From a virus (lineage: Duplodnaviria > Caudoviricetes): a DNA stretch of 64,000 nucleotides. Of this stretch, positions 56,432 through 64,000 are shown in pieces. Under the pieces are notes generated by a model, which did no database searches, was not told where the DNA came from, and worked only from the letters and a program-made list of their open reading frames with translations. Location of the stretch: positions 64,001-128,000 of IMG/VR virus record IMGVR_UViG_3300028591_000076. One strand, given 5' to 3'. How positions within the stretch are numbered: the first letter of the stretch is position 1; each line of letters opens with the position of its first letter. A program made the position numbers and the translations under genes.

Positions 56432-58999
56432 TTAGTATTTTACATGAATAATTGGAATTCTTACATGGTCGAATATATATCGCCAAGTACCATCTGCAGC
56501 CATGTAAACATCAGATGAAGAATATTTATTTTGATCTCTATTTATAGCTTCCGCATCACCATATGTACTATCTGTGGCTTTACTATATGGAGTACCCTCA
56601 AATTCTGCACCAGTACCCGACTCAGGAGTACCAGTACCAAATTGGTTAAACCATGTATTTGGATTTGCAACATTAAAGTTATAATTTCTATGGAACTGAT
56701 AAAGAGAACCAGCCTGTGCATTATCTCTAGTATTCTTTTCTATTCTACCACCAGAAGGTAAGTCGGGATATTCTTCATCCTCATTTAGGTCCTTAGAAGA
56801 AATAAATTTTATAAAGTTATTATTTTTATCAAAAACAGCATAATTATCATCTGAAGTTACTAATCCCAGTTTACCAGTAACACCAAAGTTTTCTTTTATA
56901 AATCTTGCTAAAGTAATAATATTAAATTTATTACCTTTTACAAATGCTTCTAATTCTCTTAAAGAATATGGTACACGTCTTGGCGCCCATAATTCAGCTA
57001 CAGCCGCTGTTACTAGCTGTCCATCAGCAATAGTATTATTATTCGTACGTCCAGAATCTTTAGAATCCCAGGCAGTGAAATTAAATACTGATCTTTCTTT
57101 TGTTTCTGTATTATCAAAAGTAGTAATATCTTCTGATAACTTCTTAATTGCGCCAAATAATGTATAAGCAATAGCATCATTGCTATTTACAACTTTCGTT
57201 ATGTCAATAGTTTGATTATTACTTTCATCTATACCAGTTTCTATACCAATGATATCACCATAAATATTATGAACGCCATTTTTATAGTCTAATGTATATT
57301 CCGTTTCTGGAACACTATTTAAGCGAGTATCTTCATCATTCTGTCTCTTTTGCTTTTCATTTGTACCAATAGGTATAGCATTATCTTCATCTGCAACTGA
57401 GTCTTTACGGTATTGAGTTGCGTTATTTGCATCAAGGAATACGTCCGATTTACGTCCAGATGTAAGCTCTTTTAAGTATACCCATAGTTCATCAATAGTT
57501 GGAGATAAGATACGTCCATCCATGAACAAGTTACCGGTAGATGGAACAATAGTTGGTAAGTGTCTTAAATTTTTTTCAGCAGAGTCCGCAGATAATTGAT
57601 ATTCTGTAGAGTCTTTTTTAGACTCAGGGTCCCAATAGCCTGGCTGTGTGATATGACTATCACCAGTTCTTGTTTCAGAAGCCATTAGAATTCCACCAAT
57701 TACAGAGTCATCTTCATCACCTTTCTCTATTATGCTATTTATTTCAGTATCTGAAAGTGAAGATAAGTTTTTACCTTTATCTAGACCAGCAAGTTTTCTT
57801 GTAAGTATATCAACGGAAGGACTTGCAACGGGTACATAAGGTAATGATGATATATCTTTTACTGAGCCATCCGTATCAAGGTCATATCTATTAAAATCTG
57901 AAGTAGCACTTAATACAATATTTCTATGTTTAACGTCTGCTTCTTGGTTTAAGTCTTGATTGAAAACATTTGGCATGATATAATCACCAAATATTGGCGA
58001 TTTAATCCAAATAAATGTATGCTCAAGAATTTGTCTCCAAAGGCTATCCCTAGAAATAGCAGAAGAAAAACTATAATTCTTATTATCTATTATACTTGGT
58101 AATGTACTAAATACAAATTGAACAATATCAGTTCCAAAGTTAGGCGCAGTTTTATTATATCCAGTTTGCTCAGTATTTATCCAGAACTTACCATCTGTAA
58201 TAACCTTAAAGAAACCTGTAGAATTAGATCTCGAATATGTTATTTGGTCCTGAAGCGATTTCAATACTAAACCCGCGGTCCAAGTATTATCATAGTTAAA
58301 TAAAATTCTATTAAAAGCACTATATTCTGGCGTTGTACTTAATGTACCACGGAATCCAGTATCTTCTGATAACAAATAAATTGGATATACAAGCGCATCT
58401 TCATTATTTGTTAAAATCCTATCAACATAAGGAGGTACATATCTACCACTCGGAATATAATCAGTATTAAAATCACCAGCAGCTTCTGTTACGTAAAGGC
58501 CACGTTGTACGAATAGTACATCACTAGATGGCTCTAAAACTGACTTTTTATCATGTAATATAATCCTATTATTTTGAAAAATGCTCACATCAGCTTTATC
58601 AGATAAGTCATTATCAAATAATAATTTTATTACATCTTCTGTTGTTAGCGACTTACTGAGCGTACGATCAGCTATAATTTCTTTACACTTAGCACGACTG
58701 TCATATTGAGCGATGGATGCGTCTATACCAAATACATTATATAAACCGGTAGCTTCATAGTTTTTATTATTAATTGTTACAGCGGCAGTATCTTGGTATA
58801 TAGAACCACCACCACGATATAGAATGCTATTATAACAAATAATATTATGTTTTAATGAAAGACCACTTCTTTCTTTTGCACGTAAAATACCATCATTAGT
58901 ATATAACAAATCCCATAAAGAATGTAAAGATAATTCGGATTTTGTAGGAATGGTCTCAAGCGTTGCTTTCCATGAATTTTGTAGTGTTGATGTAGCCAT
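56432..58999 (-). CDS. putative virion structural/tail protein
   Basis: 855 aa, first gene of the operon, ACTAATT and AGGAG upstream; C-terminal YMAADGTW. Confidence 0.65.
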   Translation of the reverse strand: MATSTLQNSWKATLETIPTKSELSLHSLWDLLYTNDGILRAKERSGLSLKHNIICYNSILYRGGGSIYQDTAAVTINNKNYEATGLYNVFGIDASIAQYDSRAKCKEIIADRTLSKSLTTEDVIKLLFDNDLSDKADVSIFQNNRIILHDKKSVLEPSSDVLFVQRGLYVTEAAGDFNTDYIPSGRYVPPYVDRILTNNEDALVYPIYLLSEDTGFRGTLSTTPEYSAFNRILFNYDNTWTAGLVLKSLQDQITYSRSNSTGFFKVITDGKFWINTEQTGYNKTAPNFGTDIVQFVFSTLPSIIDNKNYSFSSAISRDSLWRQILEHTFIWIKSPIFGDYIMPNVFNQDLNQEADVKHRNIVLSATSDFNRYDLDTDGSVKDISSLPYVPVASPSVDILTRKLAGLDKGKNLSSLSDTEINSIIEKGDEDDSVIGGILMASETRTGDSHITQPGYWDPESKKDSTEYQLSADSAEKNLRHLPTIVPSTGNLFMDGRILSPTIDELWVYLKELTSGRKSDVFLDANNATQYRKDSVADEDNAIPIGTNEKQKRQNDEDTRLNSVPETEYTLDYKNGVHNIYGDIIGIETGIDESNNQTIDITKVVNSNDAIAYTLFGAIKKLSEDITTFDNTETKERSVFNFTAWDSKDSGRTNNNTIADGQLVTAAVAELWAPRRVPYSLRELEAFVKGNKFNIITLARFIKENFGVTGKLGLVTSDDNYAVFDKNNNFIKFISSKDLNEDEEYPDLPSGGRIEKNTRDNAQAGSLYQFHRNYNFNVANPNTWFNQFGTGTPESGTGAEFEGTPYSKATDSTYGDAEAINRDQNKYSSSDVYMAADGTWRYIFDHVRIPIIHVKY

Positions 59000-59071
59000 T
59001 AAATAATATAACTCCTGTAATTTATATTTTAATTAGTGAGTAGTACTATTTAATTTAATTTTTTAAAAAAG

Positions 59072-59097
59072 AAAAGGCCCTAAATTTAGGGCCCTTA
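59072..59097 (-). terminator. intrinsic terminator
   Basis: AAAAGGCCCTAAATTTAGGGCC with adjacent A run (U tail on minus strand). Confidence 0.8.
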
Positions 59098-59100
59098 TAT

Positions 59101-59469
59101 TTATTCGATTTCATTAAGAACTGGCTTAATATATTTATCTTCCAAATATTCAGATAATAAGTTATATTGATTTTGTACTGCATTAGTATAAAGCGTTTTA
59201 AAATTATCTGAAACTGCAACTAAGGGGTCTAAGTCTAGGGTTTCTTTTCCATTTTCATCCTTTATTAAACCCTTATTTCTTAATAAAATATGTCCAAAAT
59301 ATGGGATATTTATATGTTGAGCTTTATCTGGATTTTCAGCAACTCTTAGTAATATTGTAAAAATTGTAAATTCCCATACTTCCCGTACAATTTCACTTTT
59401 AACGCCCATCGTAGCAGATATTTCTTGAAGCATCTGCTTTGTATCAGCGTCCATATCAAAATTTTTCAT
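59101..59469 (-). CDS. HU/IHF-like DNA-binding protein
   Basis: Two N-terminal helices (MLQEISATMGVKSEIVREV) then INIPYFGHI. Confidence 0.55.
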   Translation of the reverse strand: MKNFDMDADTKQMLQEISATMGVKSEIVREVWEFTIFTILLRVAENPDKAQHINIPYFGHILLRNKGLIKDENGKETLDLDPLVAVSDNFKTLYTNAVQNQYNLLSEYLEDKYIKPVLNEIE

Positions 59470-59485
59470 GTATATACACCTTCAA

Positions 59486-60688
59486 CTAGTTTTCAGAAAT
59501 ATAATTCTTAATTATATCTTTATCTATAGTAGCATAATACATGTTTCCTTTGTATACTAAAAGAGGTACATTATTATAAGTCATAGCTGTAAGTCTGCTC
59601 ATTACAGTATTTAAGGTCACTCTATCCATATTAATCCTATCCGCGCTGAGTAAAGGATTATTTAATGGGTATTCATTATTGTTATTTAATGTTACATTAT
59701 TAAATAATTCATCAATAAGCAATAAAACTTTATCCATTATTTCTTTAGATGTACGCCCAAAATTATATGGTATAGTATTTTCTGTTATCTCGGAAACCCT
59801 CTTAACGGGTCTTAAATTCGCAGCAGCAGAATCTTCTGGAACAGGGATAGTTGAGTCTATAAAGTCATCCAAGCTTGTTCTCTTTACTTCTTTAACAGCT
59901 ACTTCTTCTTTCTTGGTTGCATCAAGCTTTTCTTTTAAGATATTTAAGTCTTTTTTTAGCTCTACATTATCTTTTGTAAGTCCTGTTATACTTACCTCTT
60001 GAAGCTTAATTTTATTATTTAATTCTAGCTTTTCAGCTTCTAATTTAGCCAGCTCAATTTCTTGCTTCTCAATAACGTCTTCCACAAGATGTTTAATAGT
60101 TTTATAAGTCTTTTCTTTTAAGTTTAAATATTTTTCTTTTTCAGCATTAACACTACTTAAAAGCTCATCATATTCTTCAGACTTACTAAGTAAATCATCT
60201 TTTAATGATGCAATATTATTTTCAGATGTTACTTGTAAATCCTCATACTTATTTAGAAGCTCTTTATAAACAGCGCTATCATTATTTAATATTTCTTTTA
60301 TACTGTCCTTTGAAGGTGTATTTGTAAGTTCTTCTTCTTTTGCTTTTAAGGAGTCTTTTAACTTAATAATTTCATTTTTTAATGACGTAATATCAGTTTC
60401 ATATTTTTGTGCAGAACTATTAAGTTCTGATATTATATTTTCTTTATTAGAAAGAACTTCTTTTAAGCTATCATATTCATCTTTTAATTTATTAAAGTCA
60501 TCATTTAAGGTTTCGCTTTTAGAATTGGCGTCATTATAGCTAGACTGTAATTCTTCAAGCGACTTTTTAAGTTCATCTCTTTCCTTGTTAACTAATTCCG
60601 TCTCAGTCTTAAAACGAGTTTTTTCTTCTAAATACTTTTTATGGGTTAATTCTACTCTTTCAATAAGATTATCTATATTCAAAGCCAC
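59486..60688 (-). CDS. long coiled-coil protein
   Basis: About 260 aa of heptads and a small C-terminal globular domain. Confidence 0.85.
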   Translation of the reverse strand: MALNIDNLIERVELTHKKYLEEKTRFKTETELVNKERDELKKSLEELQSSYNDANSKSETLNDDFNKLKDEYDSLKEVLSNKENIISELNSSAQKYETDITSLKNEIIKLKDSLKAKEEELTNTPSKDSIKEILNNDSAVYKELLNKYEDLQVTSENNIASLKDDLLSKSEEYDELLSSVNAEKEKYLNLKEKTYKTIKHLVEDVIEKQEIELAKLEAEKLELNNKIKLQEVSITGLTKDNVELKKDLNILKEKLDATKKEEVAVKEVKRTSLDDFIDSTIPVPEDSAAANLRPVKRVSEITENTIPYNFGRTSKEIMDKVLLLIDELFNNVTLNNNNEYPLNNPLLSADRINMDRVTLNTVMSRLTAMTYNNVPLLVYKGNMYYATIDKDIIKNYISEN

Positions 60689-60691
60689 TTT

Positions 60692-62659
60692 TTAGCTCCT
60701 TAAATCGTCTTCAAAGCTATTTAATACTTCATTAAGTCTTTCCAACTTAGATTCACTATCATCTTTTACCGCTCTAGTAGCAATAGTATCAGATTTTACT
60801 ATGGTATTATCAGAATTATTATTTTGTAAAGTATGAGCGATTTCTACTGTGCCAGGGTCCATACTCATTTCTTTTGGTACCTTTTCTAAATTAATAGTAG
60901 GCTCAGCATTATCTACATCTGGCTGTTCTACTTCAGTAATTGCTGGTGTTGTATCTTTACTAGTATAAATAACATCACTCTGAATTTTCTGTAATTGGGA
61001 CTTTTCAAACTCTTCAATCTTTTTATTTAGGTTTTCAATAATTTTATCTTTTGATTTATTATTAAGTTCTAAAACATCTATTTTGTTTTTATTATCATTT
61101 ATAGATTCTGTATATTGCTTTTTTAATTCGTCGAATGATGCCTTTTCAGCTTTATTCTTTTTAGAATATCTTGCAATAACATCATCAACATCATCTTCCA
61201 TAAGCTCAACGCACTTACGTGCTTTTGCTTCAAAATCTTTCTGGTTAATAATACCTTTCTTAAGATAATCTTTATAAGTTTTTAACAAAAATAAGTCAAT
61301 ATTAAAATTTTCACCAAAGTAAGCATCAAATCTCGAAAGCATCTTACGATCAATAGTTGATTTAGGTGTAAAAAGCGCAATTAAAAATTCCTGTACAATA
61401 CCAAAAATCATAATAAGTATCATCATCATGATTTCAGTAGTTCCAAAAGAAGATACGCTTACTTTTTGACTATAAGCCTCAGAAATATCTGTTGCCTTTG
61501 TCTTCTTCATACTTTCTAATGTTGGACCAATAAGCATAAACATCTTTGCTGACTCTCCAACATCGCCAGTATCATTTTCATAGGCCGCTTTAATATCACT
61601 TAATAAATTTATAGAGCCAGAAATATTATTTGGATCAAAAACAACAGGCTCATCTGAACCTGGCATATAATATCTGCCCTCTAAGTTCTTAATTTCTTGA
61701 ACAGCTTTATCTTTAGTTTTATCTGCGAGTTCAGTTAACTCTGATAATGAATTATTTTTTACAGACTCTTCAATTTCAGTCTTAATTCTTGTTGCTAAAA
61801 CTGCTTCACTGGTTATATTACGAATTTGATTTATACTTAAAGTATACCCCTTAGCTTTGACATTACTTACAACTAATGAGTTCTGCTTATCCCAATATTC
61901 ATCTGGTATAATTGTTTGTCCTCTGAAAGTAACTTCTTCTTTAGAACCAAAATTATTTCCAAACTCTGCCTCAAATTCAGACCTCTCAATACGATAAGCT
62001 TCAATAATAGGCCAGATTTCAGCAGCTGTAGTAGCGGCTCTAGTACCAGCAGTACTTGATGCAGCTGTACCATCAACTAATGCCTTAAATTGAACATCAT
62101 CTGATGTATCTGTTGTATTATAATATTTTGTTATTTTTTGGATATCCTCATTAGCTCTTTTAATAACATTCTGATTTTTACGAATAGCGTCGCCAATAGA
62201 AACTACTGATAATGAAATAGATGTAATAAGGGAAACTGTTATTAAAAACTTATGTGCAATATGCCATTTAAGCTTAAGCTTATTAAGATTTTTATACCAA
62301 GCATATTTATCATTTTTTAATCTAGTCTGTAATTCATTTATTGCACCAAGCTGCATAGCACACCAGAACTTAGCTGATGTGAAACCTAATGACATTATAG
62401 AAAATAAAACACCTGCTGCAACTTTTACCGTAGCTACAGTATACCAAGATTTAGATAATCCGCTAAAGAAAACTAAATCAATAAATCCTGATACTATAGA
62501 TAGCGCAATACAAGTTATTAAAATTCCACTTATCAATACATTTGTCGTATTTAATGTTGGCTTAATTTTTTCACCTTTTTTAGGCCATGTAATTGAAAAA
62601 GGTATTGCTATCTTTTTTGGCATTTTAGTAGCATTATTAGTATTATTATTTTTAGACAT
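60692..62659 (-). CDS. 4-TM membrane protein with large loop and coiled-coil tail
   Basis: Three N-terminal TMs, about 260-aa loop, TM IMMMILIMIFGIV, acidic tail. Confidence 0.85.
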   Translation of the reverse strand: MSKNNNTNNATKMPKKIAIPFSITWPKKGEKIKPTLNTTNVLISGILITCIALSIVSGFIDLVFFSGLSKSWYTVATVKVAAGVLFSIMSLGFTSAKFWCAMQLGAINELQTRLKNDKYAWYKNLNKLKLKWHIAHKFLITVSLITSISLSVVSIGDAIRKNQNVIKRANEDIQKITKYYNTTDTSDDVQFKALVDGTAASSTAGTRAATTAAEIWPIIEAYRIERSEFEAEFGNNFGSKEEVTFRGQTIIPDEYWDKQNSLVVSNVKAKGYTLSINQIRNITSEAVLATRIKTEIEESVKNNSLSELTELADKTKDKAVQEIKNLEGRYYMPGSDEPVVFDPNNISGSINLLSDIKAAYENDTGDVGESAKMFMLIGPTLESMKKTKATDISEAYSQKVSVSSFGTTEIMMMILIMIFGIVQEFLIALFTPKSTIDRKMLSRFDAYFGENFNIDLFLLKTYKDYLKKGIINQKDFEAKARKCVELMEDDVDDVIARYSKKNKAEKASFDELKKQYTESINDNKNKIDVLELNNKSKDKIIENLNKKIEEFEKSQLQKIQSDVIYTSKDTTPAITEVEQPDVDNAEPTINLEKVPKEMSMDPGTVEIAHTLQNNNSDNTIVKSDTIATRAVKDDSESKLERLNEVLNSFEDDLRS

Positions 62660-62730
62660 TTTACTTATATATCCTTTATATACATATTTTAAATTAACAG
62701 GAATTAGTATGTAATATTTGCTAATAGAAA

Positions 62731-62916
62731 TTATCTTAAATAGATATTGGTAATTAGAACATAATTACTTAAACTTTTTTGTAATCTAAGTCGAGGCGTA
62801 TTATATAAATATTTTATACTATAATTTGCATCTGCGACAGAATGAAAAGAACCAAAAAAATTTGTACCGTCATAAATATAATATTCATTTTTACTTTTTA
62901 CTATTTGATAAGACAT
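62731..62916 (-). CDS. hypothetical protein
   Basis: 61 aa, GCTAATT 5 nt upstream of ATG. Confidence 0.6.
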   Translation of the reverse strand: MSYQIVKSKNEYYIYDGTNFFGSFHSVADANYSIKYLYNTPRLRLQKSLSNYVLITNIYLR

Positions 62917-63022
62917 ATCTTAATTAGCTATTATATTTTTTTAAATTTAATAACATATTATAGCTAATAAAAATTAAAATAAAAGGAGATTATCGGATTT
63001 TTCCTGATAAAATTAAGCCAAT

Positions 63023-63304
63023 ATGGGAGATGTAGAACCATTATATGGAACATGGGTTCCATCATTTGCTGGGTGGAAACCAAAACCACTTAAATGGTAT
63101 CAAAAGGTTTGGTATAGTATTTATAATGTGAGAGATGAAATAGCTCTTATTGCAATACTCCTACTATGGATTGGCGGTATTGTTTTCTTATGGCTGAAAG
63201 GCTATGGTCGATATATCCCATTTGCCGTTATACCTGGTTTAATTACAGGAATAATGATTGGTATTGATAGTGGACATTATTATCCTATGTATCATAGGCG
63301 ATAA
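63023..63304 (+). CDS. small 2-TM membrane protein
   Basis: Two hydrophobic helices; start uncertain (AGGAG lies about 35 nt upstream). Confidence 0.7.
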   Translation: MGDVEPLYGTWVPSFAGWKPKPLKWYQKVWYSIYNVRDEIALIAILLLWIGGIVFLWLKGYGRYIPFAVIPGLITGIMIGIDSGHYYPMYHRR

Positions 63305-63320
63305 TTAATAACTAGATAAT

Positions 63321-63351
63321 AAAAATCCTCAGTTTAAGCTGAGGATTTTTT
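63321..63351. terminator. bidirectional terminator
   Basis: AAAAATCCTCAG-TTTAAG-CTGAGGATTTTT. Confidence 0.9.
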
Positions 63352-63369
63352 AATTTTTTTAAGCTTTAT

Positions 63370-63957
63370 CTAACACCTAAAAACATGGTCACTATTAAGC
63401 TCATTTTCTAGCATTTCAATTTTCTTAAGAAGTTCCGCAATAATGTTTATTGAAATAATATTATTCATAGCCGAATAATCATGATAATCATAGCTTTCAC
63501 CATTAGAATCACAAGTGGAATTAGCTTTTTTATATAATTCTATCGCTTCATCAATTCTTTTTTGATGAGCGTCTTTTTCTTCTTTGTTTTTTATTTCTTT
63601 AAGCTTTTTCTCAACAAGAGGCTTAACTTTATTTGAATATACATCATAAGACATATCATAGGGCATTGGCCAATTAGGGTTATTCAAAGTAATTTCGACA
63701 CATTCATCAGCCCACTCGTTAATTTGTTCCTCAGATGGGTTTTTATTTATTTCTTCTATATAGCATTCTCTACAATAATTTTTATACTGTGGATATCTTT
63801 TAGCCCAAACCATTTCTGAATTTGCGCTTCTATATAACTTACCACATTTTTCACACTTTTCTGTATATTTTGGATTTATAAATTCCTCAAGTTCTTCAGA
63901 ATCAAAATTTCCAAGCGTAAATTTTTTACTTGGCGTACTAATAAATTCACTAGGCAT
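63370..63957 (-). CDS. Zn-ribbon hypothetical protein
   Basis: CEKC...CREC; GGAG SD. Confidence 0.75.
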   Translation of the reverse strand: MPSEFISTPSKKFTLGNFDSEELEEFINPKYTEKCEKCGKLYRSANSEMVWAKRYPQYKNYCRECYIEEINKNPSEEQINEWADECVEITLNNPNWPMPYDMSYDVYSNKVKPLVEKKLKEIKNKEEKDAHQKRIDEAIELYKKANSTCDSNGESYDYHDYSAMNNIISINIIAELLKKIEMLENELNSDHVFRC

Positions 63958-64000
63958 TATTTAACACTCCGCTATAATTTACTTAAATATTAACAAGAAA

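Noticed and set aside
44912-58999. Diversity-generating retroelement or invertible segment acting on tail genes
   Set aside because: No reverse transcriptase, recombinase or TR/VR repeat pair was visible in this window; a by-eye search cannot exclude elements outside it
166-62714. Antisense or nested short ORFs in the track (e.g. 166-354, 1163-1354, 9347-9595, 11386-11691, 15185-15604, 31735-31947, 59679-60002, 62379-62714)
   Set aside because: They lie within longer genes, mostly antisense, with S/L/F/I-rich shadow composition and no SD or promoter motif
1-64000. Stop-codon reassignment (code 15 or 4) as in some large phages
   Set aside because: Conserved genes are full length in code 11; TAG (e.g. 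1937, 15695, 24720) and TGA (6259, 42828) end genes right at the next gene or promoter

Overview
Very AT-rich, gene-dense 64-kb segment of a large (jumbo-type, myovirus-like) dsDNA bacteriophage using the standard genetic code. The host is most likely a spirochaete (Treponema-like), inferred from a spirochaete-type STAS+Zn-ribbon anti-anti-sigma factor, a BspA/TpLRR protein, a FecR-domain protein and a membrane-anchored SLT. Recognisable genes: RecA/UvsX, ClpP, a GroEL-like chaperonin, a T4 gp6-like baseplate wedge, large tail/fibre proteins (2416 aa with collar-like and internal S74-like motifs; 1413 aa with InlB-B repeats), N4/N6 DNA methyltransferase, nicotinamidase, FAD oxidoreductase, AAA ATPase, Mor-like and HU-like DNA-binding proteins, a kinase, a GNAT, a papain/transglutaminase-like enzyme and a Hef-like endonuclease. 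No tRNA, rRNA or CRISPR array was seen. The most notable signals read from the raw DNA are: (i) three classes of upstream motif (RCTAAWT x19, GCTAATAT..CTATA, TWACATATT x10), with many genes apparently leaderless; (ii) a 91-bp dispersed intergenic repeat present twice; (iii) a four-hairpin leader before a putative head core protein; (iv) a FecR + 1TM + 7TM + 6TM + secreted-protein cluster; (v) a set of putative head-packaged proteins with shared N-terminal motifs and [VILFM]xES sites, including an ATPase with a cleavable-looking insert. All functional calls come from motif recognition by eye; no searches were run.
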